DNA of 64,000 bases from a virus, in the IMG/VR virus record IMGVR_UViG_3300032087_005124, positions 1,975 to 65,974 of that record; one strand, written 5' to 3'. The notes beneath the pieces were generated by a model, which saw only the letters and a list, made by a program, of their open reading frames with translations, was not told the DNA's origin and did not search any database. How positions within the stretch are numbered: the first letter of the stretch is position 1; each line of letters begins with the position of its first letter. Shown here piece by piece: positions 9,850 through 18,934 of the stretch. A program made the position numbers and the translations under genes.

Positions 9850-10551
9850 GTGATCATTCCACTTTTTAAAACTAGCTACAGCATAGGTAAATCTTTATTA
9901 AGAATTGAAGATATTATAACCATAGCTCAAGACAATAAACTAAAGAAAGTTACATTAGTTGAAGATAACTTCTATGGATTTAGAGCTGCTAATTCCGCTT
10001 TTCTTCATGCAGACATTCCTATGGTTTATGGAGTAAGAATCCCAGTATTTCAAAGTGAATCAGAAAGATCAAGTAAACTTGTATTTTTTGCAAAAAACAA
10101 TAGAGGTTTAAATAATCTTAGAAATTTATATAGTAAATCAAAATTAAGTGCTTTAGAAGTTTTAAACATTTCTAATATAGAAGATTCAGAACTGGAAGAT
10201 ATAAAAATAGGAGTGCCTTTTTACGATTCCTATATTTATAATAACATTTTTCATTTTGGTTTGTGTGATCTAAATTTAGACGGCTATGATCATTTTTACA
10301 TGGAAGAGGATAATAACCATCCCTTTGATTTTCAAATTAAAGAAAAGCTTAAAAACTTAAATATTAAAACACAAAAAACAAAAACAATCTATTATAGAAA
10401 TAGAGAAGACTTTGAAGCTTTCCAAATGTACAAAGCTGTATGTGCAAGAAAGCAAGGAAAAGTCCCAACTTACAGTAAGCCAAATCTGAATGACTTTTGC
10501 TCAGATGATTTCTGCTTTGAATCATATTTAGAAAATAATGCTTCCATATAA
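9850..10551 (+). CDS. Stand-alone PHP domain of DNA polymerase III alpha (degenerate metal site)
   Basis: KTSYSIGKS, VTLVEDNFYG, VYGVRI, LVFFAKNNRGLNNLRNLYS correspond to the DnaE N-terminal PHP; GTG start. Confidence 0.8.
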   Translation: MIIPLFKTSYSIGKSLLRIEDIITIAQDNKLKKVTLVEDNFYGFRAANSAFLHADIPMVYGVRIPVFQSESERSSKLVFFAKNNRGLNNLRNLYSKSKLSALEVLNISNIEDSELEDIKIGVPFYDSYIYNNIFHFGLCDLNLDGYDHFYMEEDNNHPFDFQIKEKLKNLNIKTQKTKTIYYRNREDFEAFQMYKAVCARKQGKVPTYSKPNLNDFCSDDFCFESYLENNASI

Positions 10552-11152
10552 TCAAAAATATTTAGTTGTAGACACTGAGACTGAGGGTCTTAATTTACAT
10601 TCTTCTAAAGCTTGGCAACTCTCTTGGATTGTTTGTCAAGGTAATAAAATTTTAGAAGAGCATGACGAGTTTATAGCACATAAAAATTTAAACATCCCAG
10701 AGGTTGTTAAAAAAATGACTGGATTTAATTGGGATAAGTATAATCAAAAATCTAAATCTCTTTCGAAGGTTTGGTCTAAATTTGAAAATTATTTATATGA
10801 CCCACAATATATTATAGTAGGTCAAAATTTATTGGGGTTTGATGTTTATATGTTGGCTCTTTTACAAAAAATGTTAGGTCAACAACCTGACTACTCTTAT
10901 TTACCTAGAATTTATGACACAAGAGCTTTGGCTAAAGCATATAGAGAAAACCTTGATAAACCAAAAGATAATTTCCTAAGTTGGCAGTATAAAATCATTA
11001 ACAATAGAAGCTTGAAAGCTAAAGTGTCTCAAGGCACTTTATTAAAATTCTTTGACATTGACCACGATGAGTCTAAATTACATGACGCTCTTTATGACAT
11101 AAAAAAATGTTTTGAAGTTTTTTGTGAGTTAAAAAGGAGAATGGATTTATGA
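10538..11152 (+). CDS. dnaQ: DEDDh 3'-5' exonuclease (DnaQ/epsilon-like proofreading subunit)
   Basis: ExoI VDTETEG, ExoII GQNLLGFD, ExoIII LHDALYD. Confidence 0.85.
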   Translation: MLPYNQKYLVVDTETEGLNLHSSKAWQLSWIVCQGNKILEEHDEFIAHKNLNIPEVVKKMTGFNWDKYNQKSKSLSKVWSKFENYLYDPQYIIVGQNLLGFDVYMLALLQKMLGQQPDYSYLPRIYDTRALAKAYRENLDKPKDNFLSWQYKIINNRSLKAKVSQGTLLKFFDIDHDESKLHDALYDIKKCFEVFCELKRRMDL

Positions 11153-13731
11153 TTTTTGATGACTGTACCATATACGATGACTGTGAACCAGCAGGAGTAG
11201 AGCTTCCAAAGACCATTGTTAAATCGAGCAAACTCAAAGAAATAGGCTTAAATGCTGATAGCTCGACAAAAGAGATTTTATACGAACTTGCTCGAAAGGG
11301 TTTAAGAGAAAAGGGTATTACTAAGTATAAAAATAAAGATGTTTACTTTGAAAGAACTAAACAGGAATTAGAAACATTTGAAGAGTTAGGATTCACTGAT
11401 TATATATTACTTAACTGGGATGTTTTAAATTTTTGCCACGATAATAAAATACCGACTGGAGCGGGTAGAGGTTCTGCGGCAGGTTCCCTTGTATTATACT
11501 TACTAGGAGTAACTAATATTGACCCTATTCCTAATAGTTTATTTTTTGAGAGATTTGTATCAAAATCTAGAGCTAAAAAAGTTACAGATAAAAAGGGTAA
11601 AGAATTTCTTGTGGGTAGTCTTTTACCTGATGTTGACTCTGATATTTCATATGACCAAAGACATAAAGTCATATCTTATATAGAAAAACAACACGAAGGA
11701 AGGACAGCTAAAATATTAACATTTAATACTTTTAGTTCAAAACTTTGCATTAAAGAGGCGGCAAAATATTTTGATGAGGCTTCTGAGGAACGGGCGATGA
11801 GGATTTCAGATTCTATACCTAAACTTCATGGACAGGTCTTGCCTCTTGAAACTGCTTTTGTAGAAAGTGATAAATTTAGAGAGTGGGCGAGAGAGCATCA
11901 TCATACTTATAAAAATGCGCTGAAGGTACAAGGATTACCGAAAAATACTGGGGTTCATCCCTCTGGTATTGCAATTTGTTCTCAAAAAATATCAGATGTA
12001 GTTCCTCTTCAAAAAACTAAAGATGGAGATCTTGTCACTGGCTACAATATGGATGATGTCGCAGACCTGATGGTTAAGTTTGATATCTTGGGATTGAGAA
12101 CTTTAACAATCGCTCATAAATGCTGTGAAAAAGTTAATATAGATATAGATGACATTGATCCTAATGATGATTTTATATATGAAAAGCTTCAAGATTTTAA
12201 ACATCCAGCAGGTTTGTTTCAAATTTCTGCTGAGACAAACTATAGAGTTTGCAAGGATGTAAAGCCTGAAAATTTAACAGAGTTATCTGACGTTATAGCT
12301 TTAGCTAGACCTGCGGCATTAGAGCATGTGCAGACATATATACAGCAAAAAAGAGCTTTAACTGAGCTAAACTTACATCCAGAGCTAGATAAGATTCTTT
12401 CATGGTCTAAAAACGTAATCTTATTCCAAGAGCAGATTATGCAAATAGCTAATAAAGTTTTTGGGTTTACTTTAGAAGAAGCGGAAACGCTTAGAAGAAT
12501 AGTTGGAAAGAAAAAAGTTGATCAAATGCCTCAATGGCGGCAAAAGATTTTTGATGCAGCAGAAGAAAAAGGTTTAGATGAAAGAGTAGCAGAGTTTTAT
12601 TGGGTGTCACTAGAAGCTTCTGCACACTATTCTTTCAATAAATCTCATAGCTTTGCTTATGCTGATTTGGCAGCTAAAACTATCTACCTTAAATATAAAT
12701 ATCCGCAAGAATTCTTTTTGTCTATACTAGAGTGTTCTGAATTTGAGCCAGATCCATTAGAAACCATTAGCTTAGTTAGCCAAGAATTAAAATCATTTAA
12801 AATAGATTTATTGCCACCATGTTTATATAAATCAGACTTTGATTTTAAAATAGAAGGCAGAAATATTAGATATGGGTTGAAATCTATAAAAGGTGTTTCA
12901 GATAAAAATTTAAAAAGCTTAATTGATTTTAGAGGTTTTCAATTTAATGACCGATATGAAATCTTTGTTGCCGCTAAAGAATGTGGTATTCCTATAAATG
13001 TTTTATCTTCTTTAATACAAGCAGGATTAATGGACAATACGTCTGAGGATAATCCTATTTCAAGAAGCAAATTAGTTTTGCAAGCTCAGTCTTTTAATCT
13101 TTTAACTGACAGAGAAAAAAGAAACTTTTCTAGATTAGCGCCAAGATTGGGATTCAACATATTAAAAGCCATACAACAGGCTTTATTTAATAAAATTCTA
13201 GCTGATGACGGAAAAATATTAATAAAGGAAAGTAGATTCAATACCTTTCGCTCTAAATATGATAGGTATAGAGATATTTATTATAAAAATAAAGACCATG
13301 AAAAATTTGCGTCTTGGACTTTTGAGAATAGCCTTTTAGGGTTTTCATATTCTTACGACTTAAAACAATGCTTTGAGGATGATGACGATGTAGATAATTT
13401 ACATTATTTGTCTGACATTGAAGATTTAGGAGATAGAACAAGGTTTTGTTCTATATGTTTAGTAAAGGACTTCTTCACAAAGGAATCTCAAGCTGGCAAT
13501 AAATATATGATCATGACTTTATCTGATAATACAGCCACAAAGAATATGATGTTTATAGATGGTAGAGATAATGAGAAGTTTAGTGACTTTATGAGTTCAA
13601 ATAAACTAAAGAAAAATGACGTAGTTCACTTGACTGCGAGCAAATCCAATAATACTATTTTCATTGACGAATTAAAAATAAAAGGCCCAGAGATATACAT
13701 GTATAAGAGGCAAGTTAAAAAGAAAAAATAA
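11149..13731 (+). CDS. dnaE: DNA polymerase III alpha catalytic subunit lacking the N-terminal PHP
   Basis: GRGSAAGS, FERF, PDVDSD, GVHPSG, KFDILGLRTL, FQEQIM, YSFNKSHS, HhH LKSIKGV, C-terminal OB fold. Confidence 0.95.
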   Translation: MIFDDCTIYDDCEPAGVELPKTIVKSSKLKEIGLNADSSTKEILYELARKGLREKGITKYKNKDVYFERTKQELETFEELGFTDYILLNWDVLNFCHDNKIPTGAGRGSAAGSLVLYLLGVTNIDPIPNSLFFERFVSKSRAKKVTDKKGKEFLVGSLLPDVDSDISYDQRHKVISYIEKQHEGRTAKILTFNTFSSKLCIKEAAKYFDEASEERAMRISDSIPKLHGQVLPLETAFVESDKFREWAREHHHTYKNALKVQGLPKNTGVHPSGIAICSQKISDVVPLQKTKDGDLVTGYNMDDVADLMVKFDILGLRTLTIAHKCCEKVNIDIDDIDPNDDFIYEKLQDFKHPAGLFQISAETNYRVCKDVKPENLTELSDVIALARPAALEHVQTYIQQKRALTELNLHPELDKILSWSKNVILFQEQIMQIANKVFGFTLEEAETLRRIVGKKKVDQMPQWRQKIFDAAEEKGLDERVAEFYWVSLEASAHYSFNKSHSFAYADLAAKTIYLKYKYPQEFFLSILECSEFEPDPLETISLVSQELKSFKIDLLPPCLYKSDFDFKIEGRNIRYGLKSIKGVSDKNLKSLIDFRGFQFNDRYEIFVAAKECGIPINVLSSLIQAGLMDNTSEDNPISRSKLVLQAQSFNLLTDREKRNFSRLAPRLGFNILKAIQQALFNKILADDGKILIKESRFNTFRSKYDRYRDIYYKNKDHEKFASWTFENSLLGFSYSYDLKQCFEDDDDVDNLHYLSDIEDLGDRTRFCSICLVKDFFTKESQAGNKYMIMTLSDNTATKNMMFIDGRDNEKFSDFMSSNKLKKNDVVHLTASKSNNTIFIDELKIKGPEIYMYKRQVKKKK

Positions 13732-16053
13732 ATGGTTCAATTACCCTTTACTCCACATATAGAAGGTGTTCTTCAAAAGTCTAAAGATTTATCTGTAATC
13801 TTAGAAAGAAATGGCGTTGATTTAGATATATTATTTCACTGCTTTATTAGTGACTTGAGTTTATCTTGCACTTCTATATTTAAGAAAATTGGAGTGGATG
13901 GAGGCGAACTGATAAAAGACTCAAGAAACATTTTACATAAAAAGAGAAAAAACAAAAATATATCTGATAAGTTCAAAACAGATGCTAGAAAGTTTTTAAA
14001 GTTTTGCGAGAAGCTTTGTAAAGACACTTACTCTTTGGATTATATTCCGCCAGAGGTAATGTTGATGAATTTTTTTGATGAACAATTTACTCCTAAAGTT
14101 CTAAAAGAGTCTTTTCCAGAAGGAGTAGAAGCTGCTGATAGCGTAAGGTTTGGCATAGTTGCAGAATGTGCTTTAGTTATAAAAGACTTTGAAGCAGAAA
14201 AGATAGAATCAAGACTGAAAGAGCTTGAGGAGACTCCTGACAACTGGATAGACATGTTTGACAATAATGAAATATTGTCTCAGTTTGCAGAGAATCTTAA
14301 TGCAAAAGCGGCGGCTGGTGAATTTGATAAGATTGTAGATTATGATGGGAAGATTGATGAGCTTGCGACTATTTTGTGTCGCAAAAAGAAACCAAATGCG
14401 ATATTGGTTGGCCCTGCTGGTACTGGCAAAACTTCATTAGTAGAAGGGTTGGCAACAAAAATAGCGGCAGGAGATGCTCCAGAGCTTATAGCTAATAAAG
14501 TAATTTATTCTGTTAGTTTATCTAGCATGGTTGCTGGTACTGAGTACAGAGGTCAATTTGAAAAGCGGCTAGAAGATTTTGTAAATGAAGCTAAAAAATA
14601 TACAAACTTAATTTTATTTATAGATGAGATACACACTTTGATTGGAGCAGGGGGAGCTAACAACAATTCTCTTGAAGCTTCTAATATTCTCAAGCCAGAA
14701 TTGGCTAGAGGAACAATAAGTTGTATCGGTGCTACAACTATAAATGAGTATACAAATACAATAAAGAAAGATACTGCTCTTGATAGAAGATTTGAAAGGG
14801 TTGTAGTAAAAGAACCTTCTAAGTTTCAGATGGAGGAGATTTTACCTACCATTGTTTCTTATTATGAAACATTTCATGGTGTGGAATACAGCGATGAATT
14901 TTTAAATAACATCATAAAATATTGTGAAAAATATACTCCAAATAAATATTACCCAGATAAAGCTATTGATGTTATAGATCATTGTGGCGCTCAAGCAAAA
15001 GTTACATATTGGGATGTAAAACCATCTATCAAAGAAATGCAGACAGAGATAGTTGAATCTGCACTTCATCCAGAAAAAGATCATTCTGCTTTAATAGAGA
15101 AGCTTAATAAAAGTTTGGAAAAATGGGTTGAGTCTGATGAAACTGCAAATAAACCAGAGGTAACTCGTTTTCACTTAAAAGAATTTTTTGATAGAAAGGT
15201 CAATCCTTTAAATAAAAAAAGTAAAATAAATAAAGTGTTTGATTGCTTTTCTAAATCTTTTGTAGGTCAAGCAGATATCCTAGAAGAGTTAAAACATGAA
15301 ATTATTTTAAGTAGTATTGGTGTTAGAACTACTAGAAAATTTTCTACTCCAGAATGTTACGTTATCAGCGGTGAAGAATCTAGTGGCAAATCGCTGTTTT
15401 GTGAGTTATTAGAAGACTCTCTACAAAAGCATGGAGTAAATGTTTTATCTTATAATGGCATTCATTTTTCAGATAATTTTTCTCCACATAAAATTGCATC
15501 CTCTCAAGGTAACAACACTTCAATATGCGAAAAGATTGTTATAACTCCTAATAGTGTTTTAATTATAGATGACTTTCATAAGATAGATAAAACTGCTGTA
15601 CCTATTTTTAATCAGATACTTAAAGAGGGTAAGATTCAGATGAACAATGGAGATGTGGCAGATTTTTCAAATTGTAAAATCTTTTTAACAAGTTGCTTAT
15701 CTCACACTAGTCAACTTGGCTTCAATATAGAAAGATCCCGCAATGATGATCCCCTCATACATAAAGATATTTATTCTTTGGTTAAGAACTCTTTTATTTT
15801 AAATGAATTAAAAACAAAAGATTTGCGTAGAATTTTATGGAACAAACTTAGAAACATAAAAGCTAATTTAGAAGACAATGGGGTCTATTTAGATTTTACT
15901 GTTAAATATATTTCTAATAATGTAGAAAAGATAAAAGATGAAGCGTCTCCGATTAAAAGCTTGAATGAATTAGTAGCATCAAAGATTAAGCCATTCATCT
16001 CTGAATGTATCTCTAATGGTAATGATAAAATAAAACTTTTTGTTGAAAAATAA
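13732..16053 (+). CDS. ClpA/ClpC-like Hsp100 AAA+ chaperone with a degenerate second ATPase module
   Basis: Clp N-domain; NBD1 GPAGTGKT, FIDEIH, GTEYRGQFE, DRRF, PDKAIDVID; NBD2 GEESSGKS and IDDFHK; LGF loop. Confidence 0.9.
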   Translation: MVQLPFTPHIEGVLQKSKDLSVILERNGVDLDILFHCFISDLSLSCTSIFKKIGVDGGELIKDSRNILHKKRKNKNISDKFKTDARKFLKFCEKLCKDTYSLDYIPPEVMLMNFFDEQFTPKVLKESFPEGVEAADSVRFGIVAECALVIKDFEAEKIESRLKELEETPDNWIDMFDNNEILSQFAENLNAKAAAGEFDKIVDYDGKIDELATILCRKKKPNAILVGPAGTGKTSLVEGLATKIAAGDAPELIANKVIYSVSLSSMVAGTEYRGQFEKRLEDFVNEAKKYTNLILFIDEIHTLIGAGGANNNSLEASNILKPELARGTISCIGATTINEYTNTIKKDTALDRRFERVVVKEPSKFQMEEILPTIVSYYETFHGVEYSDEFLNNIIKYCEKYTPNKYYPDKAIDVIDHCGAQAKVTYWDVKPSIKEMQTEIVESALHPEKDHSALIEKLNKSLEKWVESDETANKPEVTRFHLKEFFDRKVNPLNKKSKINKVFDCFSKSFVGQADILEELKHEIILSSIGVRTTRKFSTPECYVISGEESSGKSLFCELLEDSLQKHGVNVLSYNGIHFSDNFSPHKIASSQGNNTSICEKIVITPNSVLIIDDFHKIDKTAVPIFNQILKEGKIQMNNGDVADFSNCKIFLTSCLSHTSQLGFNIERSRNDDPLIHKDIYSLVKNSFILNELKTKDLRRILWNKLRNIKANLEDNGVYLDFTVKYISNNVEKIKDEASPIKSLNELVASKIKPFISECISNGNDKIKLFVEK

Positions 16054-16075
16054 AATTATTAGTAGATCATAAGGT

Positions 16076-16246
16076 ATGAGCGGCTCAGTAGCTAAGAAAA
16101 TAAGAAAATTAGTTGGGTATCATCCAAAAAATGAAAATCCGATGATAAAAAAACTTTACAAGAAACTAAAAGGGCGTTATTATGCCCTTGGACCTTCTGC
16201 CTTTTGGAAAAGTGTTGAAGGTAAATTTAATTTTAATAACTTATGA
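16076..16246 (+). CDS. Small basic hypothetical protein (56 aa; not in ORF track)
   Basis: MSGSVAKKIRKLVGYHPK...FNFNNL*; stop overlaps the next ATG (ATGA). Confidence 0.6.
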   Translation: MSGSVAKKIRKLVGYHPKNENPMIKKLYKKLKGRYYALGPSAFWKSVEGKFNFNNL

Positions 16247-16458
16247 GCGATAGTAATACTAAAAATAACGACGAATGGAAAAAGCGCGAACTAGGCGCTC
16301 TTTGGCGAGTTGAAGGTAGAAACCAATCTTTCTATAGTGGAGAGATTGCTTTATCTGACGGTTCAAAGCAGAAAATCGTCATCTTTAAAAATAAATTCAA
16401 AGAGCAAGGCACTAAACAGCCTGATCTAAGAATTTATCAGAGCATGGATACTGAGTAA
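16243..16458 (+). CDS. DUF736-like small protein (possible ssDNA-binding protein)
   Basis: ELGALW...YSGEI...IVIFKNK...QPDLRIY pattern. Confidence 0.55.
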   Translation: MSDSNTKNNDEWKKRELGALWRVEGRNQSFYSGEIALSDGSKQKIVIFKNKFKEQGTKQPDLRIYQSMDTE

Positions 16459-16679
16459 TGGATGCTGAAAAACAAGAAGAGTTAAAAGCTCTTTTAGTAT
16501 CTGAAATGGTATCCAGAATCACGGTAGCGGAGGCTGTCAATATAATGCACAACATCGCTATTTCGGAAGTCGATAAAAATATCGCAAAGATGTCTGATGA
16601 GGAGAAACTCTCAGCTTTAGAAGAACTTACAAAAAGAGTAAGTCCTTCTGAAGAAAATGAGTCAAATTTGGAAATTTAA
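16458..16679 (+). CDS. Hypothetical protein
   Basis: Coupled ORF, helical and acidic. Confidence 0.55.
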   Translation: MDAEKQEELKALLVSEMVSRITVAEAVNIMHNIAISEVDKNIAKMSDEEKLSALEELTKRVSPSEENESNLEI

Positions 16680-17172
16680 GTGTAAGACACAGAGAATGCC
16701 TTATACTCTTTCTTTTTTAGATCAAAAATTATATACCAGTTTATCTTTTGATGCTGATATAAAATTTCCTGAGTCCAGTGACTTTGTTAAGAAGTTTTGG
16801 ATTTTGAAGGAATATAAAAAAGTAAGTTCAGATTTGGAGCTTTCAGAGTCTAAAGATTCTGATAAACAAATGACAAGCTCTTCTTCTTATGAGATACACA
16901 AAAGGTTTCAAGGCGATGAACTTATCGTTGAGATAGTTCAAAGCCTTGCTTTTTGTGAAGAATTTGATTATTTTAGCAAGGCGGATTTTGATTTGCCTAC
17001 AGGAGATGAAGAATTAGATAAAATGCTCAATGATATAAAAGATTCTGATTTTGATGAATCAGTTATAAAAGCTTCTATCTTAGATAGTGTGCTTCAAGGC
17101 AATTATCCTCAAAATCCTGATGATGAACCAAAAGAGGAAGAAGAAGATTCCTCTGAGGAATCAAGTGAATAG
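16657..17172 (+). CDS. Hypothetical acidic protein
   Basis: 171-aa ORF in operon with acidic C-terminal tail. Confidence 0.6.
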   Translation: MSQIWKFKCKTQRMPYTLSFLDQKLYTSLSFDADIKFPESSDFVKKFWILKEYKKVSSDLELSESKDSDKQMTSSSSYEIHKRFQGDELIVEIVQSLAFCEEFDYFSKADFDLPTGDEELDKMLNDIKDSDFDESVIKASILDSVLQGNYPQNPDDEPKEEEEDSSEESSE

Positions 17173-18001
17173 AGTTTTAATAACTGGAGCTGGCGGGTTT
17201 ATAGGAGGGAACTTAGCCGCATATTTAGAAGCTCGCGGCTTTCAAGTCACAAGATTTGATATATCTTTAGGCAACACTGGTTATCCAGATATTTTTAATC
17301 AAGATTTTGTTATTCATCTTGGTGCAAATTCAAGCACTACAGAAACCAATCTAAAAAAAATATTAGATCAAAACTTTGAATACTCAGCCAACCTTTACAA
17401 GATGTGTGAGGCTTATGAGATAAAGTTTCAATATGCTAGTAGCGCATCTGTTTATGGTACATCTAAAACTTTTAAAGAAGATGAGTTTTGCAAGCCATTG
17501 AGTCCTTATGCCTTTAGTAAGTATATGTTTGATTGTTGGCTAATGAATCAAGAATATCCATACCAAGGGTTTAGATATTTTAATGTTTACGGTTTGGGTG
17601 AAGATAAAAAAGGAAAGCAAGCTAGTCCTGTTTCAAAATTTATAAAAGAAGCGCAGACAGGCGGCAAAATAAAAATCTTTGAGAAAAGCGAAAAATATAA
17701 AAGAGATTTTGTTTCTGTAGACGATGTGTGTGAAATGCATTACAAACTTTTGACAAATGACGCTTCAGGAATATTTAATATAGGTACAGGTCAGCCTATC
17801 TCTTTCAGAGATGTAGCAGAGATAATAAAAGAAAACTCTAACTCTGAGATAGAAGAAATACCAATGCCCAAAGAGCTAAAAGGGCAGTATCAAAAATTTA
17901 CAAAAGCTGATATATCAAAGCTAAATGAAATAATTGGTGATTATGAGTGGAAAAGTGTAAGTCAATATGTAGAAGAAAACATTGATGCTTTCCTTAATTA
18001 A
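17165..18001 (+). CDS. hldD: ADP-L-glycero-D-manno-heptose 6-epimerase
   Basis: TGAGGFIG, HLGANSSTTE, NFEYS, YASSASVYG, YAFSK, FRYFNVYG, RDFVSVDD, GIFNIGTG, YQKFTKAD; likely GTG start at 17165 (track start 17087). Confidence 0.9.
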   Translation: MNRVLITGAGGFIGGNLAAYLEARGFQVTRFDISLGNTGYPDIFNQDFVIHLGANSSTTETNLKKILDQNFEYSANLYKMCEAYEIKFQYASSASVYGTSKTFKEDEFCKPLSPYAFSKYMFDCWLMNQEYPYQGFRYFNVYGLGEDKKGKQASPVSKFIKEAQTGGKIKIFEKSEKYKRDFVSVDDVCEMHYKLLTNDASGIFNIGTGQPISFRDVAEIIKENSNSEIEEIPMPKELKGQYQKFTKADISKLNEIIGDYEWKSVSQYVEENIDAFLN

Positions 18002-18251
18002 AAGTGTTTTAAAATCAATTGAGCTATATTTATCTTTAAAAAATAAGCTCTTCTACATAGAATTAAGACATAACCATGAAAAAACACGCAAAAGAATTAT
18101 TCAAGAGCTTGAAGATATTAGGGCTAGTGGCGGTGATGCAGACCGTGCTGATCTCTTGCGAGACGAACTCATCCGTGAAGACGCAAGTTTTAAATATTTA
18201 TCAGCCTTCTACGCTGAGTCTAGAGAAGGGAAGTCCGATAAGGACAACTAA
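17982..18251 (+). CDS. Putative i-spanin (Rz-like)
   Basis: Hydrophobic/amphipathic N-terminus plus charged helical body; overlapped in the +1 frame by a lipoprotein gene. Confidence 0.5.
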   Translation: MMLSLIKSVLKSIELYLSLKNKLFYIELRHNHEKTRKRIIQELEDIRASGGDADRADLLRDELIREDASFKYLSAFYAESREGKSDKDN

Positions 18252-18345
18252 AGGTATTTACACTCCTCAAACCGATGAGGTTTGGCACTCTGATGCGAGG
18301 TTCCGCAAACTTGAGCGCCAGTTATATTTTCCCAGCAATAAGTGA
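18076..18345 (+). CDS. Lipoprotein, putative o-spanin (Rz1-like)
   Basis: Basic N-terminus, h-region, lipobox L-I-S-C28; overlaps the preceding ORF in the +1 frame. Confidence 0.6.
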   Translation: MKKHAKELFKSLKILGLVAVMQTVLISCETNSSVKTQVLNIYQPSTLSLEKGSPIRTTKGIYTPQTDEVWHSDARFRKLERQLYFPSNK

Positions 18346-18367
18346 GCTTTTTGTGTAATTAAGACAA

Positions 18368-18649
18368 ATGGCTTTTATTACTGGGATTCCTATTAGAAAT
18401 AGTATACACACTGATTTATCTACAGACAGTGGTGATTGGCAGAATTATAGAAATATTTTAACTGGTCAATTTTATAGCGGAGGAGGGGTAAATACAGGTA
18501 GATATCAAGAGTTTACTCAAGATATACAAGAGTATAATAGGAAGATAGATACCCTTACAGGCAGATGGGGTCATACTGGACTTTTCCTTGATCCATATAA
18601 TGCTGGATTCAGATATACAGGTACAGGAAATTTTAGAACTTGGCCTTGA
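18368..18649 (+). CDS. Small TG-rich hypothetical (probably virion) protein
   Basis: 93 aa with seven Thr-Gly dipeptides; preceded by GTGTAA. Confidence 0.6.
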   Translation: MAFITGIPIRNSIHTDLSTDSGDWQNYRNILTGQFYSGGGVNTGRYQEFTQDIQEYNRKIDTLTGRWGHTGLFLDPYNAGFRYTGTGNFRTWP

Positions 18650-18673
18650 TTTTTTTTTATAGTATCATATAAT
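18646..18673 (+). promoter_or_regulatory. Sigma70-like promoter TTGATT-16-TATAAT
   Basis: Hexamers at 18646-18651 and 18668-18673; ATG 8 nt downstream. Confidence 0.5.
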
Positions 18674-18681
18674 ACAAATAT

Positions 18682-18888
18682 ATGAAAACTATTGAATTCA
18701 CTGATCAGGAATTGCAGGTTCTCACTCAACTTTTAGATATCGCAGTAAAAGCTGGCGGTCTCAATGTTGCTGAAGCTGCAAGCGTACTCGCAAGGAAAAT
18801 TTCTCAAGAAATTGAGCAAACTCCTCAATTTGCAGAACCTTCAATCGCTCCCGTAGAGGATGACGAAGAAGAAAGCGCAGAGGAATAA
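18682..18888 (+). CDS. Small hypothetical protein with acidic tail
   Basis: 68-aa ORF with its own promoter-like upstream region. Confidence 0.65.
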   Translation: MKTIEFTDQELQVLTQLLDIAVKAGGLNVAEAASVLARKISQEIEQTPQFAEPSIAPVEDDEEESAEE

Positions 18889-18898
18889 AATATTTCCC

Positions 18899-18927
18899 TT
18901 GACGATTACAAAATTGTAATATAAAGT
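18899..18927 (+). promoter_or_regulatory. Sigma70-like promoter TTGACG-17-TAAAGT with an inverted repeat ATTACAA-N2-TTGTAAT in the spacer
   Basis: Inverted repeat at 18905-18920; ATG of the beta-barrel gene 7 nt after the -10. Confidence 0.55.
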
Positions 18928-18934
18928 TAAGATT

